Source of the DNA: an uncultured Gammaproteobacteria bacterium
Lineage (GTDB): Bacteria; Patescibacteriota; Microgenomatia; CAYQLK01
DNA: 64,000 bases
Direction: 5' to 3'
Assembly (NCBI GenBank): GCA_964404855.1
Contig: CAYOLO010000002.1
Location: 67,494 to 131,493, forward strand
The notes under the pieces are model-generated. The model saw only the letters and a list, made by a program, of their open reading frames with translations, was not told the origin of the DNA and did not search any database. The translations under genes were made by a program, and so were the position numbers. Positions 19,453-29,355 of this stretch are shown here, one piece after another. How positions within the stretch are numbered: position 1 is the first letter of the stretch; the number at the start of each line of letters is the position of its first letter.

Positions 19453-19733
19453 GTACTATGGGTTTTATATAGATTAGTAGATGTTAATGTTGCCGCAGTT
19501 CCGCTAGCAGTGATGGTGGGATTAAAACTTAACCCAAAATGTGGTGTAAACCCTCCAAACCTTATCTCTGGAATTTCAAGCTCACTGTTTTCTGCTAAAT
19601 AACACGAAGCAGAGAAAACTTTATTTTTATATTCGATTATCTCTTTTGGTTTTGGGCTGTCACATGTTGAAGCAAAAACTACTTCAATCAAACTAATACC
19701 AATAATCGAATAAATAAGATAATGGCTTTTCAT
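19449..19733 (-). CDS. Small exported hypothetical protein
   Basis: Signal-like N-terminus; lies directly after nrdJ. Confidence 0.45.
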   Translation of the reverse strand: MKSHYLIYSIIGISLIEVVFASTCDSPKPKEIIEYKNKVFSASCYLAENSELEIPEIRFGGFTPHFGLSFNPTITASGTAATLTSTNLYKTHST

Positions 19734-19753
19734 TGGTAAGAATTTTATAAGCC

Positions 19754-22432
19754 TTAACTACACTTGGACCAGCCGCAAATTGGATTAATACAACTCTTGC
19801 ATCCTTCTTTGAAAGCTAGTGGTGATCCACATTGAGGACAGGAGTTGTTGATATCCAATGTAATAACCTTGCTTTCTAGTGGAGATTTAATCTCTAAAGC
19901 AAGTGGTTCTTCTTTGATAAGTGGCTCTTGAACAGCCTGAGTCTCATTGTGTTGTGCGTGCCCGTTTGAAGAATGACCGTTAGTGTGACCATTCGAAACT
20001 GCCTGCTGTGGCTTGTCATCAGTAATCAAAATATCCTGAGATAAAAGATTAAGTTGTTTGGCAGAAGCAATTTCGGCAAGAGACTTACCGACTGCGTCAA
20101 AAGCAGAATAGATGGCGTTGGGACCAATCCCGTACTGTGTACCACAACTAATTCCGACTAGCTCTGAAGCAACTTCTTCGAGGGTTGCACCGTACTTTAA
20201 AGCAAGTGACGACAACCTGCCGGTGACTTCTGCAGCTCCAGAAACATAAGCTCCTGATTTGCCAATATTAATGAAAACTTCAACCGGCTCGTTTTGGGCG
20301 TTACGGAAAACGGAAGTATAAACATTACCAACGTCGGATGGTTTCCTGACTCGCATACCCCAAGCTTCGATCGGAGTTGGTTTGCGCATTGGTAAAACCG
20401 GAAAGTGAGCATCTGAATGTCCATTACTATCGGATTTTTTCTTGCCCGTCATTTGGTCGTAGTACGAACCTTCTTTTTTGGTTTCTAGAACCTGCTTATC
20501 GCGAGATCCGTCACGGTAAATAGTGATTCCCTTGCATCCTTGTTCATATGCCAACCAGTAAGCATTCCTTACATCATCAACAGTAGCATCGTTGTTAAAG
20601 TTGATTGTTTTACTAATAGCATTATCTGTAAAGCGTTGGAATGCGGCCTGCATTTTAACGTGATCAAGAGGGGCAATATCACCAGCTACAACGAAGGCTT
20701 TTTGCAAGTCCTGTGGAACATCATTAAGGCCCTGAACAGAACCTTTGTTGTTTTGAATTTTTTCTAATAACTCTTCGGAATAAATTTCGGCCTTTTTGGC
20801 TGCTTTAACAAACTCTTCAATGGTGTTAAAAAGCCTCTTGCCTTCAACAGTGTTCTTAGCATAAGTTAGAGCAAAATGTGGCTCAATTCCACTTGAACAG
20901 TCTGCCAACATTGAAATGGTTCCGGTTGGAGCAATGGTTGTTCTGGCACCGTTGCGCATTGGACGAACACCGTCATAGATTGACCCGACATAAGCACCAA
21001 AGTTGCCTCTAATTTTGGCCAAATCTTCTGAAGCATTGTCACTTTCTTCCTGGAAGAATTTCATTATCTCCTCGGCTTTATCAAAACCTTCTTGAGTGTT
21101 GTAACCAATTCCTAGGCCTGCGAGTAAGTCAGCAAACCCCATAACTCCAAGCCCGACACGACGAATCGCGCGTGTGGTTTTGTGAATCTCTGGAAGAGGA
21201 TATTCGTTCATATCCAAAACGTTGTCCAAGAAGTGAATACTTTGGTGAATGGCAGTTTTAAGTCTGTCCCAATCAACATTTTTACCTTTTTTGAACTTGT
21301 TTAGATTGATTGATCCTAATGTACAGGCGTCATATGGATGTAGTGGTTGTTCACCACAAGGATTAGTGGCCTCAATCATGCCGAATTTAGGCACAGGATT
21401 GGCTTTGGAATTATTAATTCTGTCAATCAAGATCATACCTGGGTCACCGTACTGCCAAGCTAAACGAGTAATGAGATCAAAAACTTTTTTGGCATTAAGC
21501 TTGCCGGCAACTTGGTTGGTACGAGGATTAATTAATTCGTAACCTTCGCCATCTTGGGTTGCACGGGTTAGTTCGTAAAGTTTTTTGACACCCTCTTCGA
21601 CTTTGACTAGTTTAAGGTCGACATCGCGAATAGCTTGAGCGGCTCTTATTTCTGAAATTATTTCCTCGAGTTCTTCAACATCGAAGCTTTCAGTGCCTTC
21701 GATAAACCGACTATCCGATCTTACTGTTTCCATAAAATCTTCTGTGACGGTCACAGAAATATTGAAGTTAGTTAGCGAAAATTCGTCAACTTTGTGTACG
21801 GAAAATCTGAGAATGTCTGGGTGAGTTATGTGAAGAATACCCATGTTAGCACCACGGCGTACTCCACCCTGTTTTATTTGGGTTGTTACATCATTGTATG
21901 CCTGCATAAAGGATACCGGACCAACGGTCGTGCCACGTGATGAACCAATGACATCACCGTATGGACGCAGTCTGGAAAAAGAAAATCCAGTTCCGCCACC
22001 ACTCTTGTGAATCATTGCCATGTCAGACATTGTCTTAAGAATTGCTGGCATACTGTCCTCGACTGGAAGAACAAAACAAGCTGAAAGCTGTTGATTGGGT
22101 TTGCCTGCATTAACCATGGTCGGAGTATTGGGAATATACTCTTGATTTGCCATCATTAAGTAAAAAGTACGTGCAGTGTTTAGGGTTTTTTCTGAAGAAT
22201 TGTTGTTATAACTTCGGTCAGCGGTGGCAATATTGTAAGCCACTCTCCAAAACATTTCTTTGGGGGTTTCGACTGGAGTACCGGCTTCGTCGCGCATTGC
22301 ATATCTGGTCTTTGCAATATATGCAGCATTTTCTGACAAAGTAGGTTCGGGAAGATCCAATGGCGGAGCAGGTATTTCTTTACCGAGTTTTTGAAGTTCA
22401 TTTGCCTTCAATTTTGATTTTGGCAGCGCCAT
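19754..22432 (-). CDS. nrdJ: Adenosylcobalamin-dependent (class II) ribonucleotide reductase with C-terminal TSCPD/Zn-ribbon
   Basis: PNTPT, QLSACFV, GGGTG, QGGVRRGANMG, TNPCGEQ, TIAPTGTIS, SKTIN, KGITIYRDGSR, C-terminal CPQC...EGCKSC...CGWSKC. Confidence 0.93.
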   Translation of the reverse strand: MALPKSKLKANELQKLGKEIPAPPLDLPEPTLSENAAYIAKTRYAMRDEAGTPVETPKEMFWRVAYNIATADRSYNNNSSEKTLNTARTFYLMMANQEYIPNTPTMVNAGKPNQQLSACFVLPVEDSMPAILKTMSDMAMIHKSGGGTGFSFSRLRPYGDVIGSSRGTTVGPVSFMQAYNDVTTQIKQGGVRRGANMGILHITHPDILRFSVHKVDEFSLTNFNISVTVTEDFMETVRSDSRFIEGTESFDVEELEEIISEIRAAQAIRDVDLKLVKVEEGVKKLYELTRATQDGEGYELINPRTNQVAGKLNAKKVFDLITRLAWQYGDPGMILIDRINNSKANPVPKFGMIEATNPCGEQPLHPYDACTLGSINLNKFKKGKNVDWDRLKTAIHQSIHFLDNVLDMNEYPLPEIHKTTRAIRRVGLGVMGFADLLAGLGIGYNTQEGFDKAEEIMKFFQEESDNASEDLAKIRGNFGAYVGSIYDGVRPMRNGARTTIAPTGTISMLADCSSGIEPHFALTYAKNTVEGKRLFNTIEEFVKAAKKAEIYSEELLEKIQNNKGSVQGLNDVPQDLQKAFVVAGDIAPLDHVKMQAAFQRFTDNAISKTINFNNDATVDDVRNAYWLAYEQGCKGITIYRDGSRDKQVLETKKEGSYYDQMTGKKKSDSNGHSDAHFPVLPMRKPTPIEAWGMRVRKPSDVGNVYTSVFRNAQNEPVEVFINIGKSGAYVSGAAEVTGRLSSLALKYGATLEEVASELVGISCGTQYGIGPNAIYSAFDAVGKSLAEIASAKQLNLLSQDILITDDKPQQAVSNGHTNGHSSNGHAQHNETQAVQEPLIKEEPLALEIKSPLESKVITLDINNSCPQCGSPLAFKEGCKSCINPICGWSKCS

Positions 22433-22515
22433 TTTTATTTCCTTTCTTTATTTTTATAGACTTTTACCTGCATCGAAAATATACAAATCCGAGGCAGGAA
22501 AAACAAAATCAGCTT

Positions 22516-23001
22516 TTAGTTTTTGGTTGTTGAGGCTTTGCGAGCCCGAAGATTGCTGGTTAAAGAAGCAAGTTCTTTTTCAAAATCATTTAGATCAGTA
22601 AACTGTCTGTAGACTGATGCAAAGCGAATATAGGCAACCTCATCAACTTTTTTAAGATGTTTCATTACTAAGTCTCCAAGCTTTTTGGAGTGAATCTCAT
22701 TACCTGTTAATCTTCTTAGGTCTGTTTCGATTTTGTCTAATGTTGATTCGATAACTTCGGCAGGAACGGGTCTTTTTTCACAGCTTTTGACGATTCCAGA
22801 GCGAAGCTTGTTGCGGTCAAAATGTTCACGACGGCCGTCTTTTTTGACTACCAACAAATCAATGGTTTCGACACGTTCAAAAGTTGTGAATCTCTTTGCA
22901 CACTTGAGACACTGTCTGCGTCTGCGGGTAATCCGCTTATCATCAGACTCTCTTTTGTCGACAACCTTGTTGGAACTGGAATAACAGTAGGGACATTTCA
23001 T
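22516..23001 (-). CDS. nrdR: Transcriptional repressor NrdR
   Basis: MKCPYC, RRRRQC, RFTTFE, ATP cone, VAYIRFASVYR. Confidence 0.97.
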   Translation of the reverse strand: MKCPYCYSSSNKVVDKRESDDKRITRRRRQCLKCAKRFTTFERVETIDLLVVKKDGRREHFDRNKLRSGIVKSCEKRPVPAEVIESTLDKIETDLRRLTGNEIHSKKLGDLVMKHLKKVDEVAYIRFASVYRQFTDLNDFEKELASLTSNLRARKASTTKN

Positions 23002-23090
23002 GATGTAACAAGCGTGAAAACAAGGTGATTAAAAAAGCTTATTTTGTTTTTTAAATTGCTTTAAACACCTCGAGTAACTTTTAACAAGAT

Positions 23091-23137
23091 ATACAATATC
23101 TTGTGTATAAATCCAGTTTAAGTACAAGATATATCGA
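23091..23137. promoter_or_regulatory. Tandem NrdR boxes
   Basis: ATACAATATCTTGTGT (23091-23106) and GTACAAGATATATCGA (23122-23137), starts 31 bp apart, upstream of nrdR-nrdJ. Confidence 0.75.
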
Positions 23138-23372
23138 GTGTCAAGGGTTAAAAAGTCCTTTAGCTTTGAATTAAATATACACGAAAATAACCCGAAAATA
23201 AAGTCTCGTGAAAACATTAATCCTATAAACAAAATAAATGAAAACTATAGTCTAATTAGTTGGATATAAAACCTCTAAAACAATCTTGGCGTTACTGCTA
23301 ACTTATAATTTTTGTTTATTTTTTTATGATGATTTTATCTAAATTAATTGGTTTTAGGTTAAAATAATAGAA

Positions 23373-23837
23373 ATGAGCATTAAAATACTTTTAGCTAATA
23401 ACTATATAGAAGCAATTAAAAATTCCGTGGGAACAAAGATTTTTAAAAATCTTTGGGCTGAGGTTGATGGAGAGACAAAGGATATTTTAATTGACGGAAA
23501 TTTAAGTTGTGCGCAGTTTGTGTCAGGAGTTTTGTATTTGTTTAAGTTAATTACAGATAGACACGCAACAGTGGATGGAACAATTAAAGATCTTGAAAAG
23601 TCCAACTGGACAGAAATAACTTCGCCAAAAAACGGCTGTATTCTAGTTTGGGAAAATATAATATACCCAGACGGAGAGGCGCATAAGCATATTGGATTCT
23701 ATATTGGAGACGAGCTTGCAATAAGTAATAGTCCAGAGGCAAAATCACCACAAATACATCATTGGACATACGGTAAAGAGACAGAAAAAACTTACCGAAA
23801 AATAACTGCGATGTATTGGAACAAACTACTTGACTAG
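23373..23837 (+). CDS. Hypothetical protein with a papain-like NlpC/P60/CHAP-type Cys-His motif
   Basis: LSCAQFVS...GCILVW...HIGFYIG...AISN. Confidence 0.6.
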   Translation: MSIKILLANNYIEAIKNSVGTKIFKNLWAEVDGETKDILIDGNLSCAQFVSGVLYLFKLITDRHATVDGTIKDLEKSNWTEITSPKNGCILVWENIIYPDGEAHKHIGFYIGDELAISNSPEAKSPQIHHWTYGKETEKTYRKITAMYWNKLLD

Positions 23838-24145
23838 GAGACGAATCCTAATTGAGCCTTAGCTAAATCCGTAACCCTACTAAAATCCCAAGGTGGATCA
23901 AAAACAATTCTAACATCACTACTTTTAACACCATCAAGATCAGCCAGCCTATCTCTTATGTCTTTGCGAAAAAATCCCCCCAAGGGGCACCCAGGGGTGG
24001 TTAAGGTCATGACAATATCGACGTGGTTTTCTGGAGAAATATTAATTTCATAAAGTAATCCCAGATCAACCATATTAACGCCAAGCTCAGGGTCAATTAC
24101 TTCGGTTAAGACTTTTTCGACATCAACTTTGGAAACGGATTTCAT
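23834..24145 (-). CDS. DUF59/SufT-like Fe-S assembly protein
   Basis: VIDPELGVNMVDLGLLY, MTLTTPGCP, VFDPPW. Confidence 0.9.
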   Translation of the reverse strand: MKSVSKVDVEKVLTEVIDPELGVNMVDLGLLYEINISPENHVDIVMTLTTPGCPLGGFFRKDIRDRLADLDGVKSSDVRIVFDPPWDFSRVTDLAKAQLGFVS

Positions 24146-24152
24146 ATAAAAA

Positions 24153-24365
24153 TTACCTACTCTTCTCGAGCAGAAGATATAAAGCAAGAATTACCGATAT
24201 TACTCCTAAAACCATCTGTAAATTCAATGATCCAATAGCAATACTTTGTGCAACTGGGGTAAATAAACCTGGGAACGCATTCATCACTCCACCAACAAGA
24301 AGTAAAAAGGCGCAATAAATGTCTGTTTTTTGAAATCTTCTTTTTTTATTCTCAATAATTTTCAT
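24153..24365 (-). CDS. Small two-helix membrane protein
   Basis: Two hydrophobic segments; co-oriented with its neighbours. Confidence 0.55.
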   Translation of the reverse strand: MKIIENKKRRFQKTDIYCAFLLLVGGVMNAFPGLFTPVAQSIAIGSLNLQMVLGVISVILALYLLLEKSR

Positions 24366-24401
24366 TATACGTAAGTTATTGTTACGGTATTATACTGTAT
24401 T

Positions 24402-25478
24402 TTATTTGTCGCGACTTATTATAAAATCACAAAATTCAGATAAAATATTTTTGTGTTCTTGGTCAATATTTGCTTCCAATATATAATTCTTTGATTCGTC
24501 TGAAAGTCTTAAAATTTTTGCTTCGATTTTTGCTTTTGCGCCAGAAGAGGTAAGAATATCTTGAACGATTTTTAGCTCGTTTTCATCTGCACTTTGTTTA
24601 CCAAGAATTGAGTTTAACTTGGATATTTGATCAGGATTAGCCAATTCCATTGCGTATCTAATTAGTAATGTATTTTTTCCCTCTCTGATATCAGACAGAT
24701 TAGATTTGCCGATTGTCGTACTTTCGGAAAAAATTCCAAAAATATCATCCCTTAATTGAAATGCAATTCCAATTGGGGTAGCGAATTTGGCAAAAAAACC
24801 TAAAAGTTCTTCAGAAGCATTACCCAATATCCCTCCAAACTTTAGCGGAAATTCAACCGTATACTCCCCTGACTTCCACCGCAGAGTCGACATAATCATT
24901 TCTTCGCTGGGTCTAGTGGGGTCAAATGACTGATAAACATCTTGATATTGACCAAGTATTAAATTGATAAACATATCGACAAAAGCGGTATTTAAATTCT
25001 GTTTTGTTTGATGATCAGTTTCTATATCAGAAATAATTTTGGTCACGTACGCAATCAACAAGTCTCCAGTAAGGATTGCCATTGAAGTTCCAAAATGTTC
25101 AGAACTGCCTTTTAAACGATTTGACTTATGAACCTCGTTAAATAAAACATGAGAAGTCTTTTGATTCCTGCGAGTTGATGATTGGTCAATAATATCGTCG
25201 TGTACAAGAGCAAAAGTGTGAAAAATTTCCGCAACTAGAGCTGCATCTAGAACAGGTTTAGAATCGAATGATTCGTTTTTAGCTATTTGATAACCTAGAC
25301 TTACTAAATAAGGTCTTAATCTTTTGCCTCCACCTTGAACAGCGAGAGTTGATATGTCAATAAGTTTTTGAGTGCTAGCATCCTTATTCTCCAAATCTTT
25401 GGGCAAGGAATCAAGATATTTTTTAAGATGTGATTCAAAAATACCTAAGAAGTTTTGGTAGTTTTCGATAAATGTCAT
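24402..25478 (-). CDS. Polyprenyl diphosphate synthase (GGPP/FPP synthase family)
   Basis: GGKRLRP, LVHDDIID..RR, GQYQD, AFQLRDD, SDIREGK. Confidence 0.93.
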   Translation of the reverse strand: MTFIENYQNFLGIFESHLKKYLDSLPKDLENKDASTQKLIDISTLAVQGGGKRLRPYLVSLGYQIAKNESFDSKPVLDAALVAEIFHTFALVHDDIIDQSSTRRNQKTSHVLFNEVHKSNRLKGSSEHFGTSMAILTGDLLIAYVTKIISDIETDHQTKQNLNTAFVDMFINLILGQYQDVYQSFDPTRPSEEMIMSTLRWKSGEYTVEFPLKFGGILGNASEELLGFFAKFATPIGIAFQLRDDIFGIFSESTTIGKSNLSDIREGKNTLLIRYAMELANPDQISKLNSILGKQSADENELKIVQDILTSSGAKAKIEAKILRLSDESKNYILEANIDQEHKNILSEFCDFIISRDK

Positions 25479-25501
25479 AAGATTAGTATAGATAAAATAA
25501 T

Positions 25502-25729
25502 ATGATTAAAGGGTTTTGGGCATTATTCTACGAGAAAGCATGGTTCTATATCAAACAGTACGACCAGCTCTATTCCTTTATTCTGTATCTTTTGGTTATG
25601 GGAATATTGACCCCAGCTGTATTGTCTTTTACAAATTATAATTTGGTTTTCTTACTGTTTTTTTGGCTGATTTCGATTGTTGTCTGGTTCTTGCTTACAC
25701 TGATGGGGGTTAAAATTTTCCGAAGGTAA
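25502..25729 (+). CDS. Small membrane hypothetical protein
   Basis: Two hydrophobic helices; fills the gap between genes. Confidence 0.5.
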   Translation: MIKGFWALFYEKAWFYIKQYDQLYSFILYLLVMGILTPAVLSFTNYNLVFLLFFWLISIVVWFLLTLMGVKIFRR

Positions 25730-25737
25730 AAATAAAT

Positions 25738-26325
25738 TTAACGAAACTTTGCTGATTTTAGAAAATCTCTAAATTCTGTTTCGTTAGTTTCAAAGTTTTG
25801 ATATATGAATATCTCAAAAGTATAAAATAAACCATCTTGTTCTAAATTATTTACTATCACACTGCGAATTTTTCCTTGGTCCTCCCAAATTTGAATGTCC
25901 CCTTCAAGGTTGGAAACAGTGATTTTTTCTTTCGAAACTAACTCACCATCGACGCCGTGACCTGTAAAGGTTTTTGACGTAGTTACCACAACTTCAGCAT
26001 CTTCATCTTTTTTGAATGTCAAAAATAAGTTCGGAGTGACGATATTTTCGCTCTCAAACCAACTAGAGGGGATGGAGAACGAAAGACCATAATCATTGTA
26101 GTTTTTTGTCTGCAATAGAGGAGTTTGATTTTGAGATTTGAAAGGGGAGACTGTTGGAGCTTTGTTTGAGTTTTGGTTGTTATCTGGTTTGGAAATTTCT
26201 GCTTCAGTTGTAACTCGACCTTTAAGAGTGCTAGTGATTAACACAATTGATATTACAACCAATACAACGCCAGCAAACAACATTCCATGATGTTTGCTTT
26301 TTATGTGTTTATGCAGGGTAGTCAA
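25738..26325 (-). CDS. Membrane-anchored PsbP-like hypothetical protein
   Basis: N-terminal TM helix; YGLSFSIPSSW; C-terminal FRDFLKSAKF. Confidence 0.6.
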   Translation of the reverse strand: MTTLHKHIKSKHHGMLFAGVVLVVISIVLITSTLKGRVTTEAEISKPDNNQNSNKAPTVSPFKSQNQTPLLQTKNYNDYGLSFSIPSSWFESENIVTPNLFLTFKKDEDAEVVVTTSKTFTGHGVDGELVSKEKITVSNLEGDIQIWEDQGKIRSVIVNNLEQDGLFYTFEIFIYQNFETNETEFRDFLKSAKFR

Positions 26326-26339
26326 ATCTAGTTTGAAGT

Positions 26340-26855
26340 TTAAGCTGCTTTATCAGTTGTTGATTCAGGAGTTTCTGGAATTGCTTCTGGGGTTACTGAA
26401 TCAGTCTCGCCTATTTCTACTGAAGCTTGTTCAGATTCGGGTGTAGGTACTGGTGTAGTTTCTGCAGCTGGCTCTATTTCACTAACATTTAATTCAACTG
26501 GTGCTTCTTCGGATGCTAGAGTCTCAGTAGTATTTTCAACAACTGGAAGTTCGTCTGCAGCTGCAAAAGTTTGTACGGATGTTGGCTGTTCGGGAGCTGC
26601 TTGATCTGGTCTGGGTTTGGCAAACGCAACAATTATCTTACGGCCTTCTTGTTCAGTGTCGTTTAAGGCGTCAATAGCTGTTTGTGCTTCAGGATTGGTA
26701 GAATATTCCACAAAACCAAATCCTTTTGATCTGTTTGTCAGTTTGTTGATTACAACTTCAGCTGAGACTATTCCTCCGAAGGGGCTAAATATCGCCTTTA
26801 AGGTGTCACTAGTCATTGAGAAAGGTAGATTACCTACAAAAAGTCTTTTATCCAT
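26340..26855 (-). CDS. RRM RNA-binding protein with acidic disordered tail
   Basis: RNP2 LFVGNL, RNP1 KGFGFVEY; E/P/T-rich C-terminus. Confidence 0.9.
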   Translation of the reverse strand: MDKRLFVGNLPFSMTSDTLKAIFSPFGGIVSAEVVINKLTNRSKGFGFVEYSTNPEAQTAIDALNDTEQEGRKIIVAFAKPRPDQAAPEQPTSVQTFAAADELPVVENTTETLASEEAPVELNVSEIEPAAETTPVPTPESEQASVEIGETDSVTPEAIPETPESTTDKAA

Positions 26856-26998
26856 AATTATTTTTTTATCAGTTGGTTATAAATATTAATACTGACTAAA
26901 TTAAATATAGAAAAAAAATATTCTGACTGTCAAATCGCTTAGGGAAGTATTCAAAAACTAATATGTATGGATACAATCCAAAAATCGATCAACTGTAA

Positions 26999-27601
26999 TT
27001 ATTCTTGGTCAAATTGTGGAATACTATCCAGATCAACATTCGGTAGTGAACCACCAGTACCACTGGGGTTCGTGAAAGAATTCATCATTTGTGAAAAGTC
27101 TTGAAATTCGACCTCGGTTGGTGGAGTAAAATCAGAGTCACTTAAAATTGCATTCTGACAATCTATTTTTTCTTTAGCGTCAAGTTTTTCTGGATTAAGA
27201 AATTCATCAAAATCACTGTTAGCGTTCGTGGTGTCATTGGTATCTGTCGTTTTGGAAGCTGGATAAAAGAAACCTTTTTTCTCACCTGGAGTCCACATAT
27301 ACATTCCTTTTTCATTGACTATTACCGAAGACTGCTGACCATTAACCTCTTGACCGTCAACTCTAAAGCTTTTGTTTTTTACGAGATATTCCCCTGTTGA
27401 GTTATCGGTCTTATTAGTATATTTACACCTGAAACTGTCACCAGAAATTAATGCCGCAGCAAGCCCCCCAGCTTTTGATGCTAAGGAATTAGTGTCAGAA
27501 GAATTTGTTGAGCCAGCTGGTTTTTTGCAGCTAACAAGAAATATAGCGAGAATAAAAACCGTAGATAGTAATAGTCTTTTTTTGTCTGTAATAGCAACCA
27601 T
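26999..27601 (-). CDS. Putative lipoprotein
   Basis: Basic N-terminus, hydrophobic core, lipobox LVSC. Confidence 0.65.
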   Translation of the reverse strand: MVAITDKKRLLLSTVFILAIFLVSCKKPAGSTNSSDTNSLASKAGGLAAALISGDSFRCKYTNKTDNSTGEYLVKNKSFRVDGQEVNGQQSSVIVNEKGMYMWTPGEKKGFFYPASKTTDTNDTTNANSDFDEFLNPEKLDAKEKIDCQNAILSDSDFTPPTEVEFQDFSQMMNSFTNPSGTGGSLPNVDLDSIPQFDQE

Positions 27602-27646
27602 TAATCTTTTGTAACAATACAATAGTAAAACTATTGAAAGAAAAAA

Positions 27647-28180
27647 TCAATAGAAATTGTAAATGTCGACTATTTTTTTTACTTGATTTAGTATGTTATT
27701 TCCGTCGAATTCGCGCCCAATAATAATTAAACCGTGAACGTTTTTGTATTTGTCAGTTTGTCTAAAATGGTCTGCATAATAGTCTGAGGATTTGATTTGA
27801 AATCCAAAAAAATTCTTGCCATCTTTGGACAGTAAAATATCCACACCTTGATGATCCAGCTCGCGAGAAAAAATTGTAAGATATTTTTTGGATAAATATT
27901 TCCATACTTTATCTTCGTTATAAAATCCTTTTACACTTTTTGAAAATTCCTGATATTTTTTGGTGCCAAATAACCTATCCCAAAAATTGATTAAGTTTTT
28001 GTTTGCGACTTCTTGCTTGGAACTCTCAGAGTGAGTTGAAAAATCACTGATTAAATAAGGACCAGAGATTGTATTGTTTATTAAATTAACTTTAGTAATT
28101 TTGTCGTTAAGGCGTGTGTAAATAAAATCTGGTTTGAAAATTTTTTTTTCGGTATTAAAAAATAATTTAAAAATATTCAT
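27647..28180 (-). CDS. Putative PD-(D/E)xK nuclease-fold protein
   Basis: G..NE helix then GVDILL...FQIKS; ATGA overlap with the PAP2 gene. Confidence 0.55.
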   Translation of the reverse strand: MNIFKLFFNTEKKIFKPDFIYTRLNDKITKVNLINNTISGPYLISDFSTHSESSKQEVANKNLINFWDRLFGTKKYQEFSKSVKGFYNEDKVWKYLSKKYLTIFSRELDHQGVDILLSKDGKNFFGFQIKSSDYYADHFRQTDKYKNVHGLIIIGREFDGNNILNQVKKIVDIYNFY

Positions 28181-28872
28181 TTTGTTCGATAAATTATTTT
28201 GATTATATAAATATTCCAAATTGCCCAAAAACCGCCAATAGCCATTGCAGCTACAACGTCAGAAAAATAGTGTAAACCAAGTGCCACTCTAGACATGGCA
28301 ACCGATATAGTCACAAGAAAAAAGAAAAAAGAATAGACAATCTTGAGTGTTGGATTTTTCTCAAAACTTACAACTAGATATCCTAATACACAATAAAAAA
28401 CAGTCGCACTCATAGTATGGCCTGATGGAAAAGAATAATCTTGCCAAAGTAGATGATAATCCGTTATCTCTGGCCTATCTCGAACGAATACCAACTTTAA
28501 TGCACTATTGATAAGTACTGTTGATATCGTACTAAAAGCCAAAATAAAAGCTCCTCTGCGAAAATGGTTTTTGACTAAGAAAAGTACCGCCACAATAAGT
28601 AGAGGAATAATAAATATTGTTGAACCTAAAAATGAAGCTATTTCAGAAATAAAGTCTGTGGTGGGAGAAGCAACATATCTAAGTAATTGGTAGATTCCTT
28701 CATCGAAATAAACAAGTCTAGGCTCAGTTAGATTGCCGGCAATTTTGCGAAAAATAAAAATAAGCCCAACTGCAATTATCAGACCAATCGATGAATAGAA
28801 ATAATGAAAAACATCACTTTTTTCTAACCTTTTTGAGATTGAATTTTGTGACGTATTTTTAGCTTTTCGCAT
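28177..28872 (-). CDS. PAP2-family phosphatase
   Basis: K...RDRP, SFPSGH, SRVALGLHYFSDV. Confidence 0.92.
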   Translation of the reverse strand: MRKAKNTSQNSISKRLEKSDVFHYFYSSIGLIIAVGLIFIFRKIAGNLTEPRLVYFDEGIYQLLRYVASPTTDFISEIASFLGSTIFIIPLLIVAVLFLVKNHFRRGAFILAFSTISTVLINSALKLVFVRDRPEITDYHLLWQDYSFPSGHTMSATVFYCVLGYLVVSFEKNPTLKIVYSFFFFLVTISVAMSRVALGLHYFSDVVAAMAIGGFWAIWNIYIIKIIYRTK

Positions 28873-28883
28873 TTATTTTATGT

Positions 28884-29273
28884 CTATGGGAAAATTTTAG
28901 GTATAAAGATTAATAGGCCTGCACTCGTTGCAATAATTGCTGAGATAAGAACGAAACCAGCAGAAATATCTTTTATGATTTTTACTTCGTCTGAGTAAGC
29001 GGGGTAAATAAAATCCATTAAATCCTCTAACAAAGTATTTATCATTTCACAAACAAGAACTAGCCCAATCGAAAAAGAAACAATCGCCCACTCGATATAA
29101 TTGAGGTTATAAAAAAATCCAAGAATAATTACCGAAGCCGAAATAAGTAGATGGAGACGAAAATTACGTTCCTGCAAAAAAGCGTATCTAATTCCTGAAA
29201 AAGCGTAACGAAAACTATTGTAGTGTTTCTTGGGATGATGACTGGCAATAATCTTTCTGGAAGTTGAGGTCAT
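28884..29273 (-). CDS. dgkA: Diacylglycerol/undecaprenol kinase
   Basis: SFRYAFSG, ERNFRLH, EMINTLLE, KDISAGFV. Confidence 0.88.
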   Translation of the reverse strand: MTSTSRKIIASHHPKKHYNSFRYAFSGIRYAFLQERNFRLHLLISASVIILGFFYNLNYIEWAIVSFSIGLVLVCEMINTLLEDLMDFIYPAYSDEVKIIKDISAGFVLISAIIATSAGLLIFIPKIFP

Positions 29274-29355
29274 AAAACTATTCTAGTACAAATGGATATA
29301 ATCTTATTTTGTTTTTAGGTATAATCTAAATAATTATAAGTTTTAATTAATATTT

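Noticed and set aside
21545-21715. Possible intein in nrdJ
   Set aside because: Too short; lacks the N-terminal Cys/Ser and C-terminal His-Asn splice motifs
23029-23232. 67-aa ORF upstream of nrdR
   Set aside because: Overlaps the NrdR boxes and promoter in AT-rich intergenic DNA; no recognisable features
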